Origin: Macrostomum lignano
Lineage: Eukaryota
Length of the DNA: 64,000 bases
Assembly: GCA_002269645.1 (NCBI GenBank)
Contig: NIVC01000416.1
Span: 1 to 64,000 of the forward strand
Reading direction: 5' to 3'
A program made the translations under genes and the position numbers. Positions 8,614 through 20,950 of this stretch are shown piece after piece. Position 1 is the stretch's first letter. Every line of letters begins with the position of its first letter. The notes beneath the pieces were generated by a model. The model was not told where the DNA came from. It worked only from the letters and a program-made list of their open reading frames with translations, and did no database searches.

Positions 8614-11600
8614 CTAGGCGAATTTGTCCATAACAGTTTGCACTTTAACGGGCATCAAAGCTAGCATGTCCCTAATCAGATCCAGCTCCGGCGACATGAC
8701 GCTGGCAGCCTCGGGCACCCGCTCGCAGTACTCGCTAACCTGCCGGTAATTGGCTTCGGCTCGACGCAGATTGGCCAATCGACGATCTCTGGACGGCTCG
8801 GGCAGGCGGGCAGACACCCGGGCGGAGTGGAACAGCGCCAGCAGCACCGGCCGGGTGTCCAAGGCCTCCAGCCGGTCTGGCAGGCGCGACTCGGGCGGCG
8901 GTAGGCGAAACGAATCGACAAATAAGTCGAACTGGGTCACCGCGTCACGGCCGATGGCGTTGGCTTTGGCCACGGCCGCCGGGCTGGGGGTCTGGCCGGC
9001 AGCGGCCTGGGACTCCAGGGCTGACAGCTTGATGTCCAAGAGGTCCACCTGGGGCAGGGGGGGGGGGTCGGTTGGGGAGGGGGTCAGGACAGGACATCGT
9101 TTGGTTAAGTTATAATGAGACATCTTCTGCAAATCTAGGATAGGCTATATCAACAATCATAAATTCATGACGTCAAACATCGGATGGGATCTTCGATGGA
9201 TGGGATAATTGATGGATGGGATTATTGATGGATGGGATTATTGATAGATGGGATCTTCGATGGATGGGATTATTGATAGATGGGATCTTCGATGGATGGG
9301 ATCTTGGATAAATCGGAGTATTGATTGATGGGATCTTCGATGGATCGGATCATTTGGATGAGACCATCGTCGAATGGGATCATCGATGGACCATATGGCT
9401 GACTTCAAATAACAGGGTATGGGATCATTATGGTTGACTAAGTATCGGGGGTGAGATTTGTTTCCAAGAAGCCTTGTAAACTGCCGCAAGTCAGCTGATT
9501 GACAGCTAACATCAATAAAGCATCCCAGAGCACTAACCAGAGTTTCTCCCAGCTCAAATCTTATCTGCCGGCACAACAGCAAGTAGTACTGCTGACTCAG
9601 CTGGCTGAGCAGCTCTCTGAGCATATCGGCTCTACGCTTGTGCATTCGAGCACGCCGATCGCTGTCCAGCTCGAACTGCAGCAGGTGCAGGAAAGCGCGG
9701 GAATGGTCGCGAACTAGCTCGGCATGGTCGGTGCAGTGCTCATCTAGTCTGAAAAAGTCTTTAGCCGATGTCAGATGCCGCTGGGCGAATAGAAAGATTG
9801 CGCGAGCCTGCGAAGTAGAGGTTGGAGGGGTAAAACGGAGTTTAACATCATCCTGAACCGACTCATAGAATCTACTAATACAACCACTGAGTGTACTGAT
9901 TGACCCGTCAATTCTACCAACTCACTTATTGAATCTACCAACTCACTTATTAAATCTACCAACTCACTAACTAAATCTACCAACTCACTAACTAAATCTA
10001 CCAACTCACTAACTAAATCTACGAACTCACTAACTAAATCTACCAACTCACTAACTAAATCTACCAACTCACTAACTAAATCTATCAACTCACTAACTAA
10101 ATCTACCAACTCACTAACTAAATCTACCAACTCACTAACTAAATCTACCAACTAACTTATTGAATCTACCAACTTCACTAACTAAATCTACCAACTCACT
10201 AACCGAATCTACCAACTCACTTATTGAATCTACCAACTTCACTAACTAAATCTACCAACTCACTAACCGAATCTACCAACTCACTTATTGAATCTACCAG
10301 CTTACTAACCGAATCTACCAACTAACTTATTGAATCTACCAACTTCACTAACTAAATCTACCAACTCACTAACTAAATCTACCAACTAACTTATTGAATC
10401 TACCAACTTCACTAACTAAATCTACCAACTCACTAACCGAATCTACCAACTCACTAACTAAATCTACCAACTCACTAACCGAATCTACCAACTCACTTAT
10501 GAAATCAGAGATGCGCCACACCTGTTCAAAATTAACAGCCGGCACGTACGCCACCTTGTCAGCGTGATGACCGGCCTCGACGCTAGGAAACAAATCCTCG
10601 TAGTCGGCCTCGGACCGACAATCTTCTAGTTGGTGCTGGGCAAGATCTCGCGAATACTCCAGTAAGGCTATCGCGTACTTCACCCAGCAACGAGAGATGC
10701 TCGCTCGATTGTGCTGCAGCTCGCTGTCGGGATCGTGCGCTGCCTGGATGTTTTTCACCAAAATTTGTCTTTAAACAAGCTTAAAAATTGAAAAATATTT
10801 CTGTTCAGACTTCCCCGATTGGCTGGAGGATTTTTCCTCCCGTATCCCCTCCTGCCTCAGCTGTACTTTCCCTGCCCCAGCTGTACATTCCCTGCCCCAT
10901 CCCTGCCCCATCCCTGCCCCAGCTGTACATTCCCTACCCCATCCCGACCCCAGCTGTACTTTCCCTGCCCCAGCTGTACTCCCCCTGCCCCAGCTGTACT
11001 CTCCCTGCCCCAGCTGTACGCTCCCTGCCCCAGCTGTACTCCCCCTGCCCCAGCTGTACTTTCTCTGCCCCAGCTGTACTCCCCCTGCCCCAGCTGTACT
11101 CCCCCTGCCCCAGCTGTACTTTCTCTGCCCCAGCTGTACTCCCCCTGCCCCAGCTGTACTCCCCCTGCCCCAGCTGTACTCTCCCAGCCCCAGCTGTAAC
11201 CTGCCAATCCCCCAGAAACAAGATTCGCAATCAATCAAAGCTTACAAAAGCTTCAGGATTGGCCGCCTCAGCTTCGGCAAGCACAGCCGATGCGGCACAC
11301 AAGCACCTGTGGGCTCTGGCAAAGTCTCGCACCCCCAAATAGTACTGACTGAGTGCGGCGCAGTTCACAGCCCATTCGCTCGCTGCATAGTCAGACAGGG
11401 CCAGCTGCCGGTTAAGCGTCATCTGACAGTAGCGAGCCGAATCTGCTGGTCGATCAGCTTTGCCAAACGCTTGAGCCAAATAGAACAGGGTCTTTGTGTG
11501 CAGCGACTCCAGGGAGCACGAGTCAGCTGGAGCTGATGCGGCTTCTTCTTTCTCATTAGCTGGCTTCACAGCCGATGGGAATAGATCGGATAGATCCCAG

Positions 11601-14252
11601 GCCTGAATGAGGGAGAGAGCGCGGGCGGTCTTAATGCCTAATCTCAGTCTCGCTTCAAAATCTAGTCTCAGTCCAGTCTCAAAGTCTAATCTCAGTCTCG
11701 CTTCAAAATCTAGTCTGTCTAGCCTCAAAATCTAATTAATCTGTGTTAGCTTGAAAACATAATCTCAGTCTGGCCTCGAAATCTAATCTCAGTCTAGTCT
11801 CAGAATCTAATTTCAGTCTAGCCTCAAAATCTAATCTCAGTCTGGCCTCGAAATCTAATCTCAGTCTGGCCTCGAAATCTAATCTCAGCCTCGCTTCAAA
11901 ATCTAGTCTCAGTCTAGTTTCGAAATCTAATCTCAGTCTGGCCTCGAAATCTAATCTCAGTCTAGTCTCAGAATCTAATTTCAGTCTAGCCTCAAAATCT
12001 AATCTCAGTCTGGCCTCGAAATCTAATCTCAGTCTGGCCTCGAAATCTAATCTCAGCCTCGCTTCAAAATCTAGTCTCAGTCTAGTTTCGAAATCTAATC
12101 TCAGTCTGGCCTCGAAATCTAATCTCAGTCTAGTCTCAGAATATAATTTCAGTCTAGCCTCAAAATCTAGTCTCAGTCTGGCCTCGAAATCTAATCTCAG
12201 TCTAGTCTCAGAATCTAATTTCAGTCTAGCCTCAAAATCTAATCTCAGTCTGGCCTCGAAATCTAATCTCAGTCTGGCCTCGAAATCTAATCTCAGCCTC
12301 GCTTCAAAATCTAGTCTCAGTCTAGTTTCGAAATCTAATATCAGTCTAGCCTCGAAATCTAATCTCAGTCTAGCCTCGAAATCTAATCTCAGCCTCGCTT
12401 CAAAATCTAGTCTCAGTCTAGTTTCGAAATCTAATCTCAGTCTAGCCTCGAAATCTAATCTCAGTCTAGCCTCAAAATCTAATCTCAGTCTAGTTTCGAA
12501 ATCTAGTCTCAGTCTAGCCTCGAAATCTAATCTCAGTCTAGCCTCGAAATCTAATCTCAGTTTGACCTCGAAATCTAATCTCAGCCTCGTTTCAAAATCT
12601 ATTCTCAGTCTGACCTCGAAATCTAATCTCAGCCTCGCTTCAAAATCTAGTCTCAGTCTAGTCTCGAAATCTAGTCGCAGTCTTTCTCGTCTTTTTGAAA
12701 CTTTAGTCTAAAAAAACCTGGCAATTTAAGCAATCTAGGCTTATAAATATCTAGTAGACCTAATCTAGTCTCATAGACATTCAGCAATCTACTCTCAAAA
12801 ACATCAGAGCTATCATCTCACCCTGGCGGACTCGTCAGCAGCCAGCAGCCGTTTCGCGCGCAGAAAGGCTGCCTCAGCCTGTTGAAGGAATTCGATAGCA
12901 TCAGCGTGCCGATTCAAATGGCAGCACGCGCAGCCCAGCCAATTGTACAGTTGAACTTTAACGGCCGCTTCGCGAAGATATCGATTCGCGGAAGAAGAGT
13001 CTGCAACAACAACTTCGCCGCTTTGATCGGTACCTCCATCGTTTAACTGGAGACCTTCGTTGTCAGCCTCTAGTAGGGCAGTGAGCATTCGATATCCTTC
13101 CGAAGCTTCATCAGTCTCCAAATAGTTTGAGGCTAAACGAACTTTCAACCATAGCAAGCGAAGTTGACGACTGTGAGATTCGAACTCTGGGTCGGGTGAA
13201 CTGCTGTCACCTTCAGCTGCAGAAAGGAGCAGGTAAATGGAGTCTAATTTATCTAGTAAAAGTCATGTTTAAAAATATTAATAAAGTGTAACTAATATCG
13301 ATTTCAACTTCAAAGCGACTCTTAAAGACACTGCGAGGGAATTTCTAAAAGATTTAAAAGCGATTCAAAAAATATTTGAAAGCGATTCTCAAGCATTTGA
13401 AGTCCATCCAATATTTGAAGAAGATTCTTTAGGATTTGAAAAAGAATCTCCAAGAGTTCAAAAAAGACTCTCCAAGATTTGAAGAAGACTCCAAGAGTTG
13501 AAAAGAAGACTCTCCAAGATTTGAACAAGACTCCAAGAGTTGAAAAGAAGACTCTCCAAGATTTGAACAAGACTCTCTAAGAGTTGAAAAGATGACTCTC
13601 CAAGATTTGAACAAGACTCCAAGAGTTGAAAAGAAGACTCTCCAAGATTTGAACAAGACTCCAAGAGTTGAAAAGAAGACTCTCCAAGATTTTAACAAGA
13701 CTCTAAGAGTTGAAAAGAAGACTCTCCAAGATTTGAACAAGACTCTCTAAGAGTTGAAAAGATGACTCTCCAAGATTTGAACAAGACTCCAAGAGTTGAA
13801 AAGAAGACTCTCCAAGATTTGAACAAGACTCTAAGAGTTGAAAAGAAGACTCTCCAAGATTTTAACAAGACTCTCTAAGAGTTGAAAAGATGACTCTCCA
13901 AGATTGGAACAAGACTTTTTAAGAGTTTAAAAGAAGACTCTAAGAGTTTAAAAGAAGACTCTCTATGATTTGAAGACTCTCCAAGATTTGAAGAAGACTC
14001 TCCGAGAGTTGAAGAAGATCGATTTGAATTTTGTAGATAGAATACACAATAGCAGCTTATGAGTAGCTAACCTTTAGTCTGAACTGCTGACGATAATCCC
14101 TCCGCATCAACAATACTAATAGCTTCGTTGAGAAGTTTCCGAGCTTCGTAGCGCGACTTGTACGGTTGGTCTTCGGGATCGTCGGCTGACGACTCTTCAA
14201 GGCGAAGCGCCCGAGACACCAAGTCGCCAAGATCGGCGTCTGAGGTAGGCAT
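8614..14252 (-). CDS. KIFBP: KIF-binding protein (KIF1BP) homolog, 6 exons, ~619 aa
   Basis: Exons 14252-14072, 13216-12822, 11602-11246, 10743-10522 (acceptor least certain), 9807-9538, 9048-8614. All GT-AG with consistent phases, 1860 nt. Family motifs PYKSRY, TLFYLAQ, EWAVNCAALSQYY, ISRCWVKY, MHKRRADML, QYYLLLCRQIRFE. Confidence 0.93.
9180..9395. repeat. Degenerate ~15-bp GATGGGAT-core array, KIFBP intron 5
   Basis: Repeated GATGGGATCTTCGAT/GATGGGATTATTGAT. Confidence 0.85.
9900..10500. repeat. 21-bp minisatellite, KIFBP intron 4
   Basis: (AAATCTACCAACTCACTAACT)n, ~28 units. Confidence 0.95.
10855..11200. repeat. 21-bp minisatellite, KIFBP intron 3
   Basis: (CCCCAGCTGTACTCCCCCTGC)n; G-run rich on the sense strand. 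Confidence 0.95.
11635..12690. repeat. 24-bp minisatellite, KIFBP intron 2
   Basis: (GAAATCTAATCTCAGTCTAGCCTC)n with variant units recurring in higher-order blocks. Confidence 0.95.
13330..14030. repeat. ~42-bp minisatellite, KIFBP intron 1
   Basis: (CCAAGATTTGAACAAGACTCCAAGAGTTGAAAAGAAGACTCT)n. Confidence 0.93.
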
Positions 14253-14302
14253 GAAAAAATGAATGACCTTTATTGTATTGTAAAAGTACAACAAAATGTG
14301 CG

Positions 14303-14309
14303 TTTTATA
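14303..14309 (-). promoter_or_regulatory. Possible TATA box of KIFBP
   Basis: TATAAAA on the minus strand ~51 nt upstream of ATG 14252. Confidence 0.4.
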
Positions 14310-14505
14310 CTAGTGCATGTTAGCCGTGTTTTAAATGTTAATAAAAGGCATCTATAAACTTGTCTGTAAGCACTCGCTACTAAACAAGTTAAGTAAATAA
14401 TCTGCCATAAATGCAGTATTATATTACTGACCTGTTTTTACTGTTCTATTTACCTATCCTTATTACCTACTATATTGGTATTTACCATGCAGTTTCACCT
14501 AATAA

Positions 14506-14790
14506 GGGGTCGTAGCCCAGTGGTCCAGCGCGGCGCTCTGATGTGCCAGCGGCCCAGGCTCGATTCCGAGTGCAGTCAACATTAATTTGGGGCTAAATTG
14601 GAATCTCAGCTTGGCTCTGCTCGTGCAATTAACGGCTTTGAGGGCCAATCCCCCAAGGCGCAGTGAAGTGTACATGCCTAACGATAATATAAAGTTAGGG
14701 CCGCTGTACACTCCTGTGTGAGTGCACATGTGTATGACTGCTTACGTATCCGCGCGCTTGTGTGCCTGCTTAAGGGAATCAGTGGATCAA
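14506..14790 (+). mobile_element. tRNA-derived SINE family 2 copy
   Basis: GTAGCCCAGTGGTCCAGCGCGGCG...GGCTCGATTCC; matches 8281-8585. Confidence 0.8.
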
Positions 14791-15215
14791 TCAACCAATC
14801 AGTCCATCAATCGATCAATCAGTCAATCAATCAATAAATAAATAAGTTAATCAATCAATCAATCAATCAGTCCATCAATGGATCAAACAGTCAATCAATC
14901 AATCAGTCAATCAGTCAGTCAATCAATCAGTCAATCAATCAATCAATCAGTCAATCAATCAATCAATCAGTCAATCAATCAATTAATCAGTCAATCAATC
15001 AATCAGTCAATCAATCAATCAATCAGTCAATCAATCAATCAATCAGTCAATCAATCAATCAGTCCATCAACCAATCGATCAGTCAATCAATCAATCAGTC
15101 AATCAATCAGTCAATCAATCAATCAATCAGTCAATCAATCAATTAATCAGTCAATCAGTCAATCAATCAGTCAATCAATTAGCCAACTATGCAATGAATC
15201 AATCAATGACAACCA
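14790..15215. repeat. (TCAA/TCAG)n microsatellite following the SINE
   Basis: Seen directly in the sequence. Confidence 0.95.
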
Positions 15216-15601
15216 ATAGTTGTGTGACAATGTCGCTCAAAGTGCGCCAGGGGGCACACAGCCCCTTAGCCTCTTAGACCTGTCCTTTTCACATGTTGCA
15301 CATACAACCCAAACTGCTAAAATCCCGCCCACAATGACAGATTCTAACATCCTAAGGACTAAACCTAAAAATTAAATTAAAAAAAAACTAATAAATAAAA
15401 CAATAAAAATGTAGCAAATGAGCTACAACTGATTCTACAATAAGCCAAATATCAAAGCCTTTATTAAACAATCACTGTTTAGCTCAGCTTGATATTCAAT
15501 GCACTTCTATCCGTATATAATATACCGTTTTAAGTAATCTATATATAATATTTCTAATCAAACGATTTCTCCCGCGGCAGAAGATTCGAACTCCCGGTCC
15601 A

Positions 15602-15873
15602 TCAGTTAGCGATAGCCTGCAGCAGGGCAAACATGTCGGCGAATATCGGATCGAATAGCAGCGACATTCGAAGCTTCGCGTCGCCGGACAGCGGCACTTT
15701 CAGGCGCAGCCAGTCCGACTCGGTGCGCAACGGCTGCGGCGGCGTCAGCACACGGCGGGCGGCTGTGCGCGCCAGATGGCGCAGTGAGAATGGCGCCGAC
15801 CAGACCGCATCGAGGCGCTCGACTACGGAGTCCTGGGCGAGGGAATGACATTGACTGACAGTTGGACCAGGAG

Positions 15874-15930
<57 letters not shown>

Positions 15931-17760
15931 GGACACACATACAGACACACAGACACAGACAGACACCAGACACAGACAGGCACACAGACACGGACAGACA
16001 CACAGACACAGACAGGCACACAGACAGACACAGACAGGCACACAGACAGACAGACAGACACACACAGACACTCAGACAGACACTAGGACACATACCTTGG
16101 CTCTCCTAGCCTCAACCACAGCGGCGGGCCACTGCTGCAGCTGATGGCAGCGCCACAGGTAGGCAGGCGAGGCGCCGGCCAGCAGCAGCAGCAGGGCGGA
16201 CTCCAGGTCCTCAGTCAGCAGGCAGAAGGCCAGCGGGTCCAGCTGGCAGCCGGGCAGAGGCAGGTGCAGCGGGCAGCAGACGGCCAGGAGGCTCGGCAGC
16301 AGCTGCGCCCGCTCCTGAAGTGCGGCCTCCAGCACGGCGGGATGGCGGAGGGCGGCCACGGCCAGGCGAGGCGGGCAATCCTGCAGCAGGGCGTCGGCTG
16401 ATCGATTCGGCTGACGAAGTAGATAGGCTCGAACCAGATCCGCGTAGCAACGGCCTGGGTGCGGGTGTTTAGAATTGTTGGTTGTCGACTTAAATTTTAC
16501 ATTAACTGGTTACGCCAACGTCTAAAAGAAACAGGTCCTCAACTCTTTAGCATCTTACAAAACAGAGGTCCTCAATTTCTACAATCTGAAGAACAGAGGT
16601 CTTCAATTTCTACAATCTGAAGAACAGAGGTCTTCAATTTCTACAATCTGAAGAACAGAGGTCCTCAATTTCTACAATCTGATGAACAGAGGTCTTCAAT
16701 TTCTACAATCTGAAGAACAGAGGTCCTCAATTTCTACAATCTGATGAACAGAGGTCCTCAATTTCTACAATCTGATGAACAGAGGTCCTCAATTTCTACA
16801 ATCTGATGAACAGAGGTCCTCAATCGGACTACTACCATAGAAAAAGTCCTCAATTGCTCATCAATGCAGCTACTCACCTTGCAGTTCGGGATCATCCTTG
16901 GGCAGAAACGGACCGCCATGCATCAGCAGCTTATAGCAGGCCACCAGCATGGGCAGCGGCCATCGATCCGAAGAGGCCAGTTCGGCGGCCAGCTCGGGTC
17001 CGGATAGGGCGGCCGGCAGGTCCGGCCGGCAGTCCGCGGCCAATCGGGCCAACTGCTCAACAGCTCCGTCCACTTGTCCGGCCAGCAGCAGCAAAGCCGG
17101 GGGTCGGCATCGATTCGAGTTCGAATTGGAGCTCAAAGGTGCGGCCGGAGATTCGTACAGCGGCTCGGCCGGGGAGATCTCGGCCGGCCGGAGAGCCAGC
17201 AGGGCGCAGGCGCAGGCCAGCGCGTCAGGACTGGGCGCTGCTTGGCAGGCTACGGATAAGCTTGATTGACAGCGCTGCAGGCCGCCTGCGATGGGGTTGA
17301 GAGAATTGATTGGTTGATTGACTGATTGATTGGTTGATTGATTGGTTGGTTGATTGACTGATTGATTGGTTGATTGATTGACTGATTGATTGGTTGATTG
17401 ATTGACTGATTGATTGGTTGATTGATTGACTGATTGATTGGTTGATTGATTGACTGATTGATTGGTTGATTGATTGACTGATTGATTGGTTGATTGATTG
17501 GTTGATTGACTGATTGATTGGTTGATTGATTGACTGATTGATTGGTTGATTGATTGACTGATTGATTGGTTGATTGATTGACTGATTGATTGGTTGATTG
17601 ATTGACTGATTGATTGGTTGATTAGTTGGTTGATTGATTGACTGATTGATTGTTGATTAGTTGATTGGTCGATTGATTGACTGGTTGATTGATTGACTGG
17701 TTAATTGGTTGATTGATTGACTGATTGGTTGGTTGATTGATTAACTGATTGATTGGTTGG

Positions 17761-17793
<33 letters not shown>

Positions 17794-20691
17794 CGATTGG
17801 TTGATTGATTGATTGATTGATTGCTTGATTTATCGATCGATCGATTGGTTGACTAATTGATTGATTAGTTGATTGATTGGTTGATTGGTTGACTGATTGA
17901 TTGATTGATTAGTTGATTGATTGGTTGATTGGTTGACTGATTGATTGATTGATCGATCGATTGGTTGGTTGACTGACTGATGGAGTGTACAGCGGCCCTA
18001 ACTTTATTTATCCTTAGGCATGTACACTTCACTGTGCCTTGGGAGTTGGCCCTCAAAGCCGTTAATTTCATGAGCAGAACCAAGCCGAAATTCCAAATTA
18101 ATGTGACAAACTGACTGACAGTTGATTAACCCCAGCGCTCACCATTCACTCCAGCCGGAGCGGCCGCCTCAGACGGCGTGACGGGCGCCCCCAGCTCCAG
18201 CAGTTTCCTGCAGGCTGCTGGGCGCCCCATCCTACATGCGGCTTCGAGCGCCTGCCGACAGGCGCCAACCGGGGCGCCGTTTTTAGCCAGAGCGTCGATC
18301 AGTTCAGCCGAGTCGGCCAGCGCGGCCAAGACCAGGCAAGCCTCGGTGGGTTGAGCTCCTCGTTCCAGCAGCATTCTGGCCAACTCAATGTTCCGGTTCC
18401 GGCACGCGTGGGCCAGTGGAGTCGAGCTGGCCGGGTCGGCCGCTACGCTGCCAGCCACCGTCGGCTGCGCCGGCGCAGTCGGGATCGTCGCAGAATTCGC
18501 TGACGACGATGGGTTAGCCTGTGCATTGACGTCCACCTGGCCGTGCTCCAGCAGTTGCGCAACAATTGCCCGGTGATTGTGCTGGCAGGCCACCTGACGA
18601 TTGGGTAGGTGAGGCTTGTTGAGACTGGCCATTGTCTGATCTTTACTGTCATATTGATCTGTTTTTCATTGTCATTTCTACACAATTCTACCTGTTTTCT
18701 AAGAAGAGCTCTCGTTAGTATCTTTTTCACCTGTTCTACTTGTTTTTTAGCCTGTTCTGCCTGTCCTTTTTACCAGTTCTACTTGTCCTTTTCACCTGTT
18801 TTACCTGTCTTTTTCACCTGTTGTACCTGTCCTTTTCACCTGTTTTGTTTATCTTTTTCTCGTGTTCTACCTGTTTTTAACGTGTTTTGCCTATCCTTTT
18901 CACTTGTTCTACCTGTCTTTTTTTCTTGTTCTACCTAGTGTCTTCACCTGTTCTACGTGTTTTTTCACCTGTTCTACCTACCCTTTTCACCTGTTCTATC
19001 TACCCATTTTCACCTGTTCTACCTACCCATTTTCACCTGTTCTACCTACCCTTTTCACCTGTTCTATCTACCCATTTTCACCTGTTCTACCTACCCATTT
19101 TCACCTGTTCATTTTACCTGTCATTTTCTACCTGTCATTTTCAACCATTTTACCTGTTTCTTTGACCTATTTTGTTTATCCTTCAAAAACCAGTCTAGAA
19201 TCAAGGCCAAATCGCAGGCAGTCCCTATTCCAATTTGACAATCCAATCCAATTGTCTCCGCTCGCTCACCATCAGCGGAGTCTGGCCAAACTGATCTGGC
19301 AAATCCGGGTGCCTAACGTATGGCAACAGCCTGGGCACCACGTTATGATAGCCGAAACGGCAAGCCAGGCCTAGCGGCGTCTCTCTGTACCGATTGGGTC
19401 GATGGGTGTCGGCTCCAGATTTTACTAGCAGGTGAACTAGATTGGGCCGGTTCAGCTGCACCGCGTACATTAGGGCTGTGCAGCCGCACCTGCGAGTGGG
19501 GAAATGGTAGGGTGCTGGCGAGAAATGAGGATGCATATGGAGAAATGGGGCAGATATTTAGGGGAGAAATGGGGAAGATATTCAGGGATAAATGGAGAAG
19601 ATATTTAGGGGAGAAATGGGAAAGATATTTAGGGGAGAAATGGGGAAGAGATTTAGGGAGAAATGGGGAAGATATTTAGGGGAGAAATGGGGAAGATATT
19701 TAGGGGAGAAATGGGGAAGAGATTTAGGGGAGAAATGGGGAAGAGATTTAGGGAGAAATGGGGAAGATATTTTGGGGAGAAATGGGGCAGATATTTAGGG
19801 GAGAAATGGGAAAGATATTTAGCGGAGAAATGGGAAAGATATTTAGGGGAGAAATGGGGAAGATATTTAGGGGAGAAATGGGGAAGATATTTAGCGGAAA
19901 TGGGGAAGATATTTTCTTGAAAAATTGGAAAGATATTCAGTGGGAACTTAGAAGATATTAAGTAGAAAATTGGGAAGAATTTCAGGGAAAAATGGGGAAG
20001 ATATTTGGTGGGAAATGGGTAAGATATTCAGGAAAAAATGGGAAGATATTCAGGGAGAAATGGGGAAGATATTCAGGGAGAAATGGGGAAGATTTTCGGG
20101 GAAAAAATGGGAAAGATGTTCGGGGAAAAAATGGGGAAGATACAGACAGTTCAATGATGCATTGTCAAACGCATGATACAATAGACGGTTACTAAACAGC
20201 AATAAACAGACTCACCTGTCCACTTCGTTCATAGCAACCCCGTGATCAAGCAGCAGACGGACATTGTTCAATTTGCCCTCAATTGTAGCCCAGTGCAGGG
20301 CGTTCCGGCCGGACATGTCCGCCAGCTGGGCATCAGCATCCCTGGCCAGCAGCAGTCGCAGCAGCTCACTATTATCCTGTCTAGCGGCCAACATCAATCC
20401 AGTCATGCCGTCCGGAGTTCGAGCATTCGGAGTCACGTGATCTTTCAAAGCTTCGGCAGCTTTGACCCGGCCAAGTCGGCAAGACAGTAGAAAAGCGGCG
20501 TTCAAAGTTTCAGCTGGCAGAGCCGGTTGTTGTTGCCGACTGCCGAGCAGCTCTTCAATCTTGGCAACCGAACCGATGCTCACGTATCCCAGTAGCTCAG
20601 CGCGCAATGCGTGAGGATTCATCTTCTCTTGCTCGCAATCTGGGCAACTGTGACCGCAACAACGCCTCTTAGCTGCCGATGGCTCCTGCAT
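15602..20691 (-). CDS. Ankyrin repeat and SOCS box protein (ASB-like), 6 exons, ~714 aa
   Basis: Exons 20691-20216, 19489-19270, 18593-18143, 17285-16878, 16454-16096, 15832-15602; phases close (2145 nt). Ankyrin motifs GMTGLMLAA, GRNALHWA, GCTALMYA, ETPLGLAC, STPLAHAC; C-terminal SOCS box PFSLRHLARTAARRVL. Start codon uncertain. Confidence 0.87.
15875..16082. repeat. (GACA)n/(CA)n microsatellite, ASB intron 5
   Basis: Seen directly in the sequence. Confidence 0.95.
16560..16825. repeat. 31-bp minisatellite, ASB intron 4
   Basis: (GAACAGAGGTCCTCAATTTCTACAATCTGA[A/T])n. Confidence 0.93.
17305..17980. repeat. (GATT/GGTT)n microsatellite, ASB intron 3
   Basis: Seen directly; abuts an inverted SINE2 fragment. 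Confidence 0.95.
17985..18105 (-). mobile_element. SINE family 2 internal fragment
   Basis: Reverse complement matches the body of 8281-8585 and 14506-14790 (AATTAACGGCTTTGAGGGCCAA..GTGAAGTGTACATGCCTAA..TAAAGTTAGGGCCGCTGTAC). Confidence 0.75.
18700..19160. repeat. TTTTCACCTGTTCTACCT-core array, ASB intron 2
   Basis: 18-23-bp degenerate units. Confidence 0.9.
19535..20140. repeat. 24-bp purine-rich minisatellite, ASB intron 1
   Basis: (GGGGAGAAATGGGGAAGATATTTA)n. Confidence 0.93.
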
Positions 20692-20779
20692 GCAATAAAT
20701 ATGGACATCGACAGCTTCGGAAAGAAGTTAACAATTATTATGCATAATTAATCTAGAACTAACTATATAACTGTAGACT

Positions 20780-20950
20780 AGTGGTTGCTTAGAGCAAGGT
20801 CGGGGGTTCGATTCTTGACCCACTTGGAACAATTTGTGTCCTTCAATAAGCCAATTAACCAGTAGGGCAGGTGTAATAAACTATGAGCATATTATTATTA
20901 TACTATTATTATTATATTATTATACATATATTATTATATTATATTATATC
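20780..20950 (+). mobile_element. Internally deleted SINE family 1 copy with (ATT)n tail
   Basis: GGGGGTTCGATTCTTGACCCACTTGG..TTTGTGTCCTT joined to tail TAGGGCAGGTGTAAT and ATT repeats. Confidence 0.65.

Noticed and set aside
9771-13740. ORFs such as VDLVSEL.., GQGEYSWG.., FKSWRVFF..
   Set aside because: They lie within KIFBP introns and derive from tandem arrays.
14253-15601. ASB-KIFBP as a trans-spliced operon
   Set aside because: Same strand and close, and AATAAAG sits just upstream of the KIFBP ATG, but a TATA box at 14303-14309 and an intervening SINE offer a simpler explanation; SL-containing reads would be needed.
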